A DNA stretch of 54,143 nucleotides, filler included, from Squatina squatina (lineage: Eukaryota), in NCBI GenBank assembly GCA_031763465.1. It is 3 parts of 3 records of this genome, joined end to end, with 100 filler letters (N's around TTAATTAATTAA, not from the genome) between each part and the next. Parts side by side here need not be neighbours in the genome. Positions count along the whole stretch, not along the records: positions 1 to 29,140 come from JARFOE010000004.1; 2 more parts are not named here. One strand, 5' to 3'. Of this stretch, positions 1-12,493 are shown in pieces. Position 1 is the first letter of the stretch, and each line of letters opens with the position of its first letter. Under the pieces are notes generated by a model that saw only the letters and a program-made list of their open reading frames with translations, did no database searches and had not been told where the DNA came from. The position numbers were made by a program, and so were the translations under genes.

Positions 1-143
1 TTCTGTAATGATCAGAACTGCATACTCAAGCTGTGGCATAACTAATGTTTTATACCGTTCAAGCATAATCTCCCTACTCTTCTATGTCTCGGCTAATAAA
101 ACGAAAGTATCCCGAATGTCTTCTTAACCACCTTATCTACCTG
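1..143 (-). mobile_element. CR1-type LINE fragment (RT C-terminal region)
   Basis: Motifs ACTAATGTTTTATA...AGCATAATCTCCCTACTCTT...TTCTTAACCACCTTATCTACCTG are typical of the reverse strand of CR1 ORF2; recognised by eye. Confidence 0.6.
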
Positions 144-1758
144 AAAATTTCACATATTTAAATTAAATTGTAAGATATTTTGGCAAAAGGAGGTCTAGAG
201 ATTGGATCACACTGCACCCATTTTACAGGCATCTGAGTGTCCTGTAAGGCAGGCAGTGTGCACGCGCTCATTCTGCATCAGAAGTGCAGATTCAGGCATT
301 ATCCAATTACGAGGCCAATATTCCTGTTAAATGAGCTCTAAACTTTTTATAAAGGCTTAATTCAGTTCTTCTAGAACATGTTGTTCTCGCTGAAAACTGA
401 ACTTTAACACAAATAATTTAACCAACCATTTTACTTACATTCATCATAAAATTTATAAAGCAAATTAAAAGCACAGGTGAAATTTATGATTTTCTTTTTA
501 ATGTTACACTGACTAACTAATTTATTTTTCACTTGGTTGAGCTTTGTTAACGATTTTATAATTAAGTTATTCCTATGACACATCCAGATTCGAAAGCATT
601 TACTTAGGTGCAAAATATAAATCTTCCAATAACACTACAGGTCTTTGTTGACTTAATCAGGGGCTGTGATAAAATGAAAATATTCATCACGTTTGCCCGT
701 CTGATAAATATGCATATCAGTGCAGAAGCAGCATCACTTTGTGAGTGCGCATTTAAAGTCGGAATACCAAGGCAACAGCACAATTTTATCAGGTAGTAAA
801 TTCATTCCAGTTTCTGTATTTAGGCACCTTCTGATATTACCATGTTAAACATAATAACAAGCCTTTTACAGGGTTGAAATGGTTCTCATTTTTGTCTGAA
901 GTAAAAAGGTTTTAGTGTACAGCTGGGACAATTGCTGTTTGCAAATTGCATTGCTTTGAATAATGGTTATGTTACATTTTCAACAAGCTTATTTAAATTC
1001 TCTTTTGCACCATGATCTATTCTGAAAGAGACAGTATCTTCGGGGAAAAGTGTTTGGCCTACTTTATTTTGTTTGCAAGGGAGAAGAGCTGGAAGAGGTG
1101 AAGGTCACTTTTATTACAATAATGCATATTGGTGCGATTTATGTAACTGCGCTGTGTGTTTGAGAGCAAACAAAAACCCGTTTGCCAAATCCTTTCACGA
1201 AAATTGTGATCTCGTAACAGTGTGCACCTATTATGGTATTCATTATTTAGCTATTTTAAATTGAATGAGCTTGTTTGACTTGTTATAGGGTAAACAATGC
1301 ACGCAGTAGTTCAAAAGCAATGTTAAACTTGACACCAAAGCAAATTGCAGGTTTCTTTTAACACTGGTGCCAATGATGGTTTAACAGCAGTGCTACCAAA
1401 CTGTTGTTTACATCTTGATGTATGACGCAGGTTTTCATATGTGATTTCCTACATTGCAATTATGTGATCTCAGCTGTGCCCTTGGCGTGAGCTGATAAGT
1501 GGAGGCTCGCTGTTTCCTGGCCATGAAAGAGGAAGATTAAAGGATGAGTTGTTTTTATTTGAGATATAAATGGCAGCATGCATGTCTCATAGGTTCCAAA
1601 ATTTCAAATGTCAGATTGGAATGATAGAACAGTAATAAATCATTGTGTTCCCAACCTGATACGAAAAACCTTCCATGCAAAAATAAAACCAAATCACGCA
1701 AAACCTATGATTACAGGAGGATTATCAGAAGATGGCTTTATCAGAGCGTGAATGACCA

Positions 1759-2085
1759 TTAATTGGAGTTACATTCTCTCAATACTATTTTTATTAATGA
1801 TCTAGATGTAAGTGTTGGGGATACGATCTGCAAAGATACTAAGATCTGTGCGAGTGTTGGGACTGTGGACGATACTCGACTGCTGCAGGTGGATCCTGAT
1901 GTGTTGGGGGATTGGGCTTGTGACTGGCACATGATGTTCAATTTAGAAAAATGCAGTGTTATGCATGTGGACAGCACCCTTCAGGGAAAAAGCATTCAAA
2001 AAGGTACAGAAAGAAAGAGATCTGGGCTTCCAGTACATAGATCTCTAAAGGTTCATGACTAATGCAGTGAAATGATAGCTAGAGA
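1759..2085 (+). mobile_element. Degenerate CR1 LINE reverse-transcriptase fragment
   Basis: Translation TIFINDLDVSV...CKDTKIC...LQVD...WACDWHMMFNLEKCSVMH matches the CR1 RT (IFINDL / ADDTK / W..W.M.FN..KC.VMH). Confidence 0.85.
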
Positions 2086-2105
2086 GAATGGGAAAAAAAT
2101 AAAGG

Positions 2106-2282
2106 CTTGCATTTATATAGCGCCTTTCATGACCACCAGACATCCCAAAATGCTTCAGAGCCAATTAAGTACTTTTTGAAGTGTAGTCACTGTTGTAACG
2201 TAGAGAACGTGGCAGCCAATTTGCGCACAGCAAGTTCCCACAAACAGCAATGTGGTAATGACCAGGTAATCTGTTTTTGGGG
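2106..2282 (-). mobile_element. SINE 3' part with L2-type tail (SacSINE1/DeuSINE-like)
   Basis: Starts with TTGCATTTATATAGCGCCTTT (reverse of the L2-type 3' tail); body similar to the copy at 40455-40720. Confidence 0.65.
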
Positions 2283-3340
2283 NNNNNNNNNNNNNNNNNN
2301 NNNNNNNNNNNNNNNNNNNNNNNNNNNNNNNNNNNNNNNNNNNNNNNNNNNNNNNNNNNNNNNNNNNNNNNNNNNNNNNNNNCCACTACACCGGCTGAGG
2401 CCCAATATCTGGGGAGCCGCAGACTTCACCATTCTGATGCTTGCAACTAAATTCTTTTGCTATTTTGTAGCACTTGTGAGAGTGCATGGTTGAATATTCT
2501 CAATTAACATACCAGAAGTTGGAAGGGAGAAGGAACAGGGCCATATTATAATCAACGATTTCTAGCAGTTGTTTTTCCAAGTTTGCTACCAGTGACTGTA
2601 ATGCACTCTCAATAGGTGCAGAGATATTCATTTCCTTATTCCAAAGAATAATAACTCTTCATTTATTCAATAAACAGTCATTGTAGGTTTGTAATAAAGC
2701 ATGAATTGATTGATAAAATAATTATTCCCATTTCAGCCTACAGCAAAAACAAATGGTTGACTAGCGTCAAGAAAGTCACAGGTGTACTGACAGCAAGAAA
2801 ATCTTGCCTCAATTTATGTTATTGATCTGGGCCTCAGAGTGGCACTACAAACACTGAATACTGATGAAGGAGAGGGATGTGGGAGGACTTCAATTACTGC
2901 GCCAGTGCACTAGAGCCTGAAGGTGGTTGAATAGGTGTCACATCTTTCAAGCTAAGCTGCTTTGTGTGTTGGTGGGCTGAGTTATATGAAGAGAAGCTGA
3001 ATCAAGAAAGAAAGAAGTGGTATTGCAAATTGCAGAAAAACACCGGACCAAATTCTTCTGAGGCTGAAGAGAAATTTAGAACCATCAATATTGTACATTG
3101 GGGCAGGAATTCAGCATCGTTGTGCTGGTTTCACAGGCACAACAATGACAAATGAAGCAGTGGGAAGGCCCATGCCCGATTGTCAAGTGTGCCCGGGCCA
3201 CTGCTAAATTTGTGAGTGCCTTTTTTTTATTCAAGGTTAANNNNNNNNNNNNNNNNNNNNNNNNNNNNNNNNNNNNNNNNNNNNNNNNNNNNNNNNNNNN
3301 NNNNNNNNNNNNNNNNNNNNNNNNNNNNNNNNNNNNNNNN

Positions 3341-3790
3341 GTACAGAATGCTGTGCCCTATATGAATGGATACGAATGTTACTCTCTCAATATTCAGCTG
3401 ATATGTGACCACCAGTACAATATCAGGCAGATTAATGCCTGCATCCCTGGAAGCTTTTACAGTGCCTTCATTTTAAGTAAAATATCTATGCTATTGTTAT
3501 TTAAAGGATAATAAAGATTCCTGGAATGGGGGTGGGGGGTGAAGGGGCTCCTCTGCTCATGGCTCATGATACCCTGGTGCCATTCACAGACAGAGGCAGA
3601 ATGCAGGTACAGTGAAGAATGAATAATGAATGTACCAATGAAATTTCAACCAATCATGGCACCTTACAGTGCAGGTGCATCTAAGCTTTTACAAATCATT
3701 TACATTTGCTGCACAGTCCCAAACTTTCCTTCCTGCAAAGAGACTTTGCTTTGCCAGTCGAAGAACAAAATGCTGAGTGGCAGAGCAAGA
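3341..3790 (+). mobile_element. Decayed PIF/Harbinger DDE transposase fragment
   Basis: YSLNIQLICDHQYNIRQINACIPGSFYSAFIL, then SWLMIPW..QTEAECRYSEE and KLLQIIYICCTVPN match HARBI1/DDE_Tnp_4 motifs (SLNVQ.VCD, PGS.HD..IL, WLMTP...T.AE.RYN, II..CC.LHN); disrupted by stops and frameshifts. Confidence 0.8.
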
Positions 3791-3912
3791 AGGTGAACAT
3801 TAAGAGAAATTAGCTGTTGAACCAGCAAGGCAGCAAGGAAGAATGGTGTTCCAGGCACTAATTAAGATCCCTTTCAATGAGCATTGAAGTGACACCATTT
3901 TTTAAAGCTGTA

Positions 3913-4044
3913 GGACAAAACTTTCAACTTTGGCGGGGCCATAAAATGGCAGTAGAGGATTGGCTGCCCGTTGTACACCTTGCCCCATTGACATTGGGAA
4001 GGGAAAATCGGGTGGGGTGTATACTGAAGTTGAAAGTTTGGTTC
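3913..4044. mobile_element. Palindromic MITE (~130 bp)
   Basis: Left end GGACAAAACTTTCAACTT; right end GAAGTTGAAAGTTTGGTTC is its near reverse complement; flanked by TA on both sides. Confidence 0.6.
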
Positions 4045-4489
4045 TACATCTGTATATTTTGATGTCAGTTGCCTGTTATACACTCCGCCAGATATTCAGC
4101 TCCACGGACTTCGATAGAACCAAATATCAGGTGTATCATATAATGATGGGCAAATGAGTTCCCGCCGGTTTTGCATTCCCATGTCTAATTTCACACCAAA
4201 GATGTCTGACATTTACTTCTGTGCTCTCGAATTCAGGTCATAGTTTTTCCTTTTCTTTTACTTGCTCGAATGGAGCATAAAATCGGGCGAGTTGTGAAAT
4301 GAGTATCTGGCTTGAATCTGCCTCTTTTCCGCCAGGTGGGTTTGGTTAAAATTGGAGCTTAAGTATTTGAAGTGCAATATCCGGGCACTATCCATCCAAA
4401 TCAAACTGGGAGCTATAGCATATCCTTTCTAATCTGGGCAAAACACAATAGAGAGAATCAAAATAATGTAGGGAAAAAAATAAATAAAT

Positions 4490-4690
4490 CCACCTGCCTA
4501 GATCAAGGCTGTAATGAAGTCTGGAGCCAAGTGCCTTGGGCAGAATCCACAATTGGTGAGCAGGTTATTGATGACTTGATGGCAGTATTGCTGACTCATT
4601 TCATCAGTTCACTGATAGTTTGGAGGAGTCTGACAGGGCAGTAATCTGGGCAGTCTTCCACATTGAAGCATAGATGCCAGTGTCATACTG
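4490..4690 (-). mobile_element. LINE (CR1/L2-clade) RT fragment
   Basis: Reverse-strand LINE RT-like text (TTGATGACTTGATGGCAG...CATCAGTTCACTGATAGTTTGGAGGAGTCTGACAGGGCAGTAA). Confidence 0.5.
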
Positions 4691-5280
4691 GCACAGCTTG
4701 GCTAGGGAATGGCTACCTTGGGAATGCAGCCTTCGGCATTTTAGCTGGGGTGTCTTCAGGGCACATCACCTTTGCCATGTCCAGTGCACTCAGCCATTTC
4801 TTAATATCACATGCTGTTTTACTGGAATATGTACTGAATCTTCAGCAATTTCCCAGTATATTGGGTATGTTTAGTGCGCGAGCATCAAATCTGCCCTGAA
4901 GCTGATCAGTACTCTGCAGTGCTAGCCCTTAGTGCTTGGACGAGGAATCTTATTAGCAGCATTTGTGCTTTTACACTGTATTCAAATGCTTTTTAGAATT
5001 CCCATTATCTTCGCTTTTGGTTCACCAGCCTCACAATTGTGACAGCTAAAAGGAAATATCAAGAATATGGTTCTTAAATTATGTTATTTTCTTTAGAAAA
5101 ACATTCAAAAGGAGTCATAGTGTCTACTTAAGTCAGTAAGGTTTCTGAAGTGACTGCTACTGCATTCTTATGCAGCTAGTNNNNNNNNNNNNNNNNNNNN
5201 NNNNNNNNNNNNNNNNNNNNNNNNNNNNNNNNNNNNNNNNNNNNNNNNNNNNNNNNNNNNNNNNNNNNNNNNNNNNNNNN

Positions 5281-5490
5281 TTCCTTTACCAGTCATTCCT
5301 TAAAAGGACATCAGTGAGCCAGTTGTGCTTTTTTACAACAATCTGACAGCTTCATGGCCAATTTAACTGATACCAGCTTTTTATATCCAGAAATTTTGAA
5401 ACTGAATTCAAATTCTCAAGGTGGGATTTATAATTACGTTCTCTGGATTATTAGTCCAGTAACATAACTATTACACTCCTGCACCCCTTA
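5281..5490 (-). mobile_element. SINE with conserved central domain (MetaSINE-like)
   Basis: CCTTAAAAGGACATCAGTGAGCCAGTTG is the reverse of the CTGGTTCACTAATGTCCTTTAGGGAAGG core seen at 47350-47380. Confidence 0.6.
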
Positions 5491-8400
5491 CCTGATATAG
5501 AAGTGACTGCAATATAAATTAGAATTTAGAGATATACTTAAAGGTACCACAATTTCCAAGTAAAAATCGACAATAATTATCACCATAAGCGCACTATTAA
5601 TCAGAGTTACTCGGCCAGGAAGAGGAATGCAATATGTGAGTCTTTTTGCTCTATGGTAGAAACTGTGCTCACAAGCAATGGTCGGTGCAGTGACTGTGAC
5701 ACAGCTGCTTGAGTATAAAGGTAACTGGAGTTATCGGCTATTTTTCAACCATCCACAAACTATTAATGTAGAGCTTGGTCTGGCCAGAAGAAGGAGCTCA
5801 ACACCTGCTTGACAACAGGAGTGGAGACTTCCTGCCTGTGGTACAAAGCCACTGCTGGCAATTCAACAGTAATCAAGGCTTGTCTACCAGGAATCCCAAA
5901 CTGTACATATTTACAAGAAGTGAACAGCAGAGGCACCAACCACAAATGATCAATCTGTAGTGAATATTTTTTCATATTAAAACATGCTTAACAAATGGAA
6001 GATAACCGGAAAGATTTAAATAATATGAGCAGTACAAATTGCACCTTGGTCCAAGGGGAAAACAATAAAATAAACTACACAAAATGTGTTAGAGCATGAT
6101 GACTGCATAACAGTGCTAAAATAAACTTGAATTTTTGAAGGAAGGAAATTTGTTAATGAACATGTGAAATTTTAGAATAATTCTCTCTCCCATTCTTAGA
6201 GACTTCTGAATATATCAGATATTGGAGTGCAAAACATACCTTCTATAGATACCAGAAATATAGAAAAAGGAACAATAGTGTCACCAATGAAAGATTAAAA
6301 AAATCTGCGATGAGATAGCAGGGCCAGAGGCCAGTTACTTAATAGGCAAAATCAATGTATATTTGCTGAAGAAATTAAGCAAATTACCAAATAAAAAAGG
6401 GATTCAAATTAAAACAAAACACAGTGGCTGTTGTGCTGGTTCAGTGGGCAAATAAACAGGAAGGTGTTGAGAGGGCTCATTTCCTGATCAGCACTCCTGG
6501 CAAGGATCAGTGCTCGCAGGGAATACTGCTCAGGAAACGATGGGCCTGCCGATCCTGATATTCAGTCCATTTAGAAATACCAGTTTTGAAATGCCATATT
6601 TTTGAACTCCTCAGTGACAAANNNNNNNNNNNNNNNNNNNNNNNNNNNNNNNNNNNNNNNNNNNNNNNNNNNNNNNNNNNNNNNNNNNNNNNNNNNNNNN
6701 NNNNNNNNNNNNNNNNNNNNNTGAAGAATGTATGCAACATATTGCATAGCATCTGCCATATATTTGGCTGGTTCTGAAGTTTCCCAGCTCGGGCATCTGC
6801 TCATTAACAACCAGAATGGGGAAATATGCTGATCTGCAGGATCCTCTATGCAACAGTTTGCTGATGTATTCAATGGCTAATGCCAGCTCAGTGGCTTCAT
6901 ACTAAGTATGGAGAGCCAAAATGGCAATCCTGACAGGGGAGGCGAAAATCACATTTTTATATCTCTACCAAGGTAAGAGGTGTTTTTTTTTAGCACTTTT
7001 TTTACTCACCTGGCTTGGGACAATTTGTTTCAATAACTTTGCAAAAACTTTTTGAGAAAGTGAAGCCCTGCCTGTTAACCTCCCATATTGCATTGAAGTG
7101 TTTTTTTTTAGCCAGAGTAATGTGTGTACTGCAAAGCATACATGACAACTTGACCAATGGAAGGGCAGATGTAATCCCAAGGTTGAGCAGTTGATAGTTG
7201 CATCAGAGAGACATTAAATTGCCATAGTTGCACAAAGAAGAGTTAGCCAGAGGATGACTCTGCCATATTTCTGGAAAATGAAGGTGTCTAGGCTTGCAAC
7301 AGCTCTTTTGATGACTGTGTACTTGGAACGATCATCCAAGATAGGAGGGATGGGAGGAGTAGTTTTCTACTGAAGTGAAAAGAAGCCTCCCCATAAGCAT
7401 CTAGCACACAAGGCTTTGGAACACACTGGGCCCGAAATTGCGATTGGAGGCTTCCTGCGTGCGGGTGCCGCCAACCGCAAAAAAAATTACATACTTACCT
7501 AAGGGTCCTGGTTCCACAGAAGTTTGCGATCTTCTGTCCCCCAGTTCTCAGCGATCTGTCAAGAACTGTCAAAACTTCATTGAAAGATGANNNNNNNNNN
7601 NNNNNNNNNNNNNNNNNNNNNNNNNNNNNNNNNNNNNNNNNNNNNNNNNNNNNNNNNNNNNNNNNNNNNNNNNNNNNNNNNNNNNNNNNNGAGGCACTTC
7701 AGTGAAGCTGTCAGATTAACTCTGCCCTTTTCTCCTTGAGTGGCATCAGATCTCCTTGAAGGAGACCTGATCTCCTACAGGCTTGGCTGCTCCCCACTAC
7801 TCAGCACTGTTGTCATAGTCCAGTGTGATTGCCTTCACTCTGGGGCGAACTCCTTCAGACAGCCATGATTTCCTGGAGTCGGCATTCATTTCCTTTTGTC
7901 TGAAGTGATTTGTAGCAATGTCAACTCAGGGCCAAGGAATGGCGCGTGTGTGCCTTGCCTCCACAACCAGCAGGTTGCCTCTGCACATTGCGCCTAAAGT
8001 CCCGACTCAGCGCCTGCCGAACTCGCATCGCCTAAAATCTTTTTTAAAAAACCTGAATTTTGTGATGTCATTGTGCCTCCTGCTCTAGGCGCAATTGAGG
8101 TGCTAATTTTTTGTGTAATGCCTTAACGAAAGCGCTACCCAATTTCACCCCCCAAGTGCTTTAACCAAAGTGCATTCACAGCACAAGGAATAGAACTGTG
8201 TGAAAAAAATAGCTCAACTGAATATAAGCTTGGATCAAACTGGACTCTGCTCACTCATCGTTACCAATTAGTCAGCTACTTTGCAGTTAATTGCTTCCAG
8301 AAGTCATTGCTGTTGACAGCAGGCCTATGTTTACACACAGCTTGGTTCCTGCTAGTGACATTTATAATGTAAAAACATATCCAGACTGGGAGGGAAAAAA

Positions 8401-10140
8401 TTACACTATTGTGTGAGAGTACATGTACTTGGCAAATAGATTTAGGAAACTAAATGCAAAACTATTAGACATTACAAAGTTCAAAGTAACAAGTTACAGA
8501 GTTATTTTAACTCTTTCCAATCAAAGTCAGCTTCTTCAATATTGTTTGCTCAAAATTCTCCCTTCCCTCAAGAGCTAGTGAAGGGTTTTGTGTCTGTTTC
8601 CATGAGTGCAAATAACTCACCTTAATCAAGCCGAGAGAGTGCAGTGAGTGTCAGCAGGCTATTCAGCTGTGAGAGACATCATAGCTGAGGCTGATACTGC
8701 CCTCACACAGCAGTCACACAGGCACACTATCCAGCAGGGGTCTTTGGGCAGTAATCAGGACATGGGCAGCATTTGCTTTGTGGGTGCTCCGTGCAAAAGT
8801 TTGATTTGGGGCCCCTACATTGTGTGACACATATACATTCACATGCACAGCCTCAGGGGCCAGCCACACCAATAGACATGCTGTCACTGGCTTTGAGAAA
8901 CAGCAATTAACACCAACACAATCAGTGCAGAGCAACACACTTACTAGAAGACAAATGGNNNNNNNNNNNNNNNNNNNNNNNNNNNNNNNNNNNNNNNNNN
9001 NNNNNNNNNNNNNNNNNNNNNNNNNNNNNNNNNNNNNNNNNNNNNNNNNNNNNNNNNNTTGATTTTATTAACAATTTATTGATTTTGCACTGCTGCACTA
9101 TTTGAATGAATCACATGCATTAAAACAACAGTATAAAATCAAAACATTGAAAATATTTTAATGCTTTATTATGTGGCTGCTTGCGACTTCTTCCAATTTC
9201 CAGCAGTGAATTTTCTCCATTAAAGGCAGCAGCTGCACTGAGCTAAAATGTAATAACATCAGTGCATCACCACGGGTTATTGTTCTTGACAAGGACCCAG
9301 TCAAAAGCATTTCTGGTGTCGGTTAAAAAGCTAAAAATGGCAGAAGGGTTTCAAAATAGCAATAAAAATCACAGCTGCATCAAAGCATGTGATTTTCACA
9401 ACAGAGGGCATTGTTTGAGGAATCGATTTTGCAAGATTACGTACCAGATTAGTGAAGAGAAGAGTGTAATTACACAATCATCAATGGTGTCTGCTGCTTG
9501 TTATTTTCTAAACTGTAGCATTAAAACCCAGAAATCACATTGCAGGTGTTCACAAAGCAGCGGATCGAATAATTATTCCAGCATTACAGCAAATCATTCA
9601 GAACATCCTGGCAATTCCAGGAACTGAGCTTGCCTGAAGTGTTCCTAATGAAATGACGATGAACCGTTAAACAATGAATACTTTTAAATTGAATAATGGT
9701 ACTGGAGGATAGCTGCACCAGAGCCATTGGGAGTGGAGGTTTGTTGTGAAAATATATCCTAAAATGTGCCTAAAATGGAGTTGTATCTTGAAAGCTAACC
9801 ACACAAAATAATGTTGAACTGAATGCTGGGAAAAGTTCTCCGCTTGTTCAAACTATCACCCAGGCTTTTGGCCGTAAAATCTTCTAAGCTAACTGCCATA
9901 GGCTAATTAAAGCTATAAAATGTCTCAGTTAATTGCACCAAAAAGGTTTATGTTTGTATTATAGGCAGTCCTTACTGGTATGAGAAACCTTTATTCCTAA
10001 CTCAAACCACTTAGGCAACGCATAGTGGAACATAAAGATGNNNNNNNNNNNNNNNNNNNNNNNNNNNNNNNNNNNNNNNNNNNNNNNNNNNNNNNNNNNN
10101 NNNNNNNNNNNNNNNNNNNNNNNNNNNNNNNNNNNNNNNN

Positions 10141-10608
10141 GCCACGGTTGGACCATTTTTCCTGTTGGGTTTTAGTGCCTAAGGGAATATATATTTGTTG
10201 CAAATTATGTAGTAATTCTTTAAATGCTAGCCATTGCCTGTCTACCATCTTACCTTAATGTAGTTTCCCAGTCTACCACAGCCAACTCACCCCTCATACC
10301 TTCCTAGTTTGCTTTGTTTAGATTAAGACCATAGTTTCGGATTGAACTACATCACTTTCAAACTTAATGAAGAATTCCATCATATTATGGTTACTCTTCC
10401 CTAAGGGCCCCTTTACAACAAGATTATTAATTAACCCTGTCTCATTGCACAATGCTAGATCCAAAATAGCCTGTTCCCTAGTTGGTTCCTCAACATACTG
10501 CTCTAGAAAACGATCTCGTATACATTCCAGGGATTCGTCCTCCACGCTGTTAGTGCTAATTTGGTTTGCCCAGTCTAGATGTAGATTAAAGTCCCCCGTG
10601 ATTACTAT
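10141..10608 (-). mobile_element. CR1 LINE ORF2 fragment (AP-endonuclease C-terminal part)
   Basis: LECIRDRFLEQYVEEPTREQAILDLALCNETGLINNLVVKGPLGKSNHNMMEF is the APE motif PTR..AILDL...LG.SDH; followed by VDRQWLAFKELL..LQQIYIP. Confidence 0.9.
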
Positions 10609-11617
10609 ATTATCTGCCGTAACTCTGGCCGAATCCCGAAGAAAACAGTGTAAGCAGATGTTTTTAAGCTGTTCACAGTGTTTCCCTGGATTCCGACTAG
10701 ATTTACAGCAGGCCGCTCGAACCCATACAAAATATCAGGGACTGCATTTCCTACATTTTGAGATGTTTGTCTAAAATCTGAAACGTGCAAAGAAGATAAC
10801 AACTTACATCAAACTTGCTTGGTAACGGATTGGTTATGTTAAAAATGTGCACTTTATGGCAAAGGAATTGCTATTTTCAAATTATTCAGTGGTTGCAATG
10901 CAATTTAACTGCTTGATTGATTGTCACAGCCCTAATTCATGTATAGGTAGATGAAGTGATGGCTCCCTTTGCAGCTGCCTAAATAATGTATCATTAAAAC
11001 TTGTTCTTATTGCTGATTTACTAAAAAGGTTTATGATGTCACCATTCCCTCAATCAATTATAGACTCTGTTAAATATATAACTGTACATCTGTGCAAGTG
11101 ATCAAACACAGTAAATTGTTTCAAATAAACTGCACTTCCTTGCTTGCAAACATTTTAATCTAAATTTTCCACTTGGAACTGTCCATGTTACTGGAGTAAA
11201 TTAGATGTCCCAAATAAGGGTGAAATTCCACCCCCATTAGTGCAGCTCTATTTTTCACTGTCATTTCTGGTGGGGGTGGGTGCGGCGCAGTGTTTGCAAA
11301 TGCGATGGTAATTCCTGTTCCTTTTCTTGCCCAAATAAAACGGGTATCCAGGGTCGACTGGTGCCATTAAAAAGACAGAATTTAATGAGGCCAGTGGCTA
11401 TATTCGTAGGTATTCCAGGAACCATATTGTTGACTCGTGATTTTGGTGATTTTTTTAATGTTTACTGTTGCCAGTTACATTCACATCCACCTTTGTGTCT
11501 TTGCTAATATTTTCTGCNNNNNNNNNNNNNNNNNNNNNNNNNNNNNNNNNNNNNNNNNNNNNNNNNNNNNNNNNNNNNNNNNNNNNNNNNNNNNNNNNNN
11601 NNNNNNNNNNNNNNNNN

Positions 11618-11750
11618 AATCTACTCAATCTCTCCCCATAGGGCATCCCTCACATCCAGGGTTCAATCTAGTGAACCATCATTGCACCACCTCAAAGGCA
11701 AATATATTTCTCCTCAGATAAGGAGACCATAACTATGGAGTAGAGACCAG
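11618..11750 (-). mobile_element. CR1 LINE 3' fragment
   Basis: AATCTACTCAATCTCTCC...AATCTAGTGAACC...AAAGGCAAATATATTTCTCCTCAGATAAGGAGACCA, typical reverse-strand CR1 text. Confidence 0.65.
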
Positions 11751-12493
11751 TTTGCATGCATGACACTTTGAAGTGTGGTGGAAGTGCTGTAAATCAGACT
11801 TTTAATTATATTGATAGAGATGCTTCCTCCCTTAGGCTTTTGAGCAAAATTATTTTTTCTGGAAAGGTCAAATTGCATTGGAGCATGGAATATGGTGAGA
11901 ACTTGATTAGAAGTAAAATTAAAAAATGGATCCATGCAGTCCTTCCAGTCAAAATGATTGATTGATCCACTGAACAGTTTAGCATGTACTCAATTTAATC
12001 CAATATAATGGTCTTCAATTCTTACCGAGATTATAAATTAAAAGACAGCAAATATATTCTTGTCAATTTTCTAAAAACCAAAATGCAAGTGCATCGGTAT
12101 GTGCCATGGAAGCTCTTTGAAAAATAGCTTCATCTTAAACACCAAGGAAAATTGCAAGAAAACCCTGTCTTACTGTGCTCAATGAACCTTTGCTTTCCTC
12201 ATTTTGTGTCCAGCAGTAAGTCATAGTTTTTGTCAGCTTTATTAAGCCTCTAGGCAGGCTGCAAGCCATTATGCAGGAGATTATAGGTGTTATCCCATGT
12301 ATGTCTGTCTGTTTTTTAGACATCAAGCTAGCTGCAGACTGAACTACTATTATAAATCTTTCATTTGTAACAGGTCTATATTAAAGCAATGTANNNNNNN
12401 NNNNNNNNNNNNNNNNNNNNNNNNNNNNNNNNNNNNNNNNNNNNNNNNNNNNNNNNNNNNNNNNNNNNNNNNNNNNNNNNNNNNNNNNNNNNN

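Noticed and set aside
5767-5949. Cys-containing frame CRAWSGQKKELNTCLTTGVETSCLWYKATAGNSTVIKACLPGIPNC resembling a Ly6/three-finger fragment
   Set aside because: No convincing splice sites, signal exon or terminal CCxxDxCN motif; likely chance
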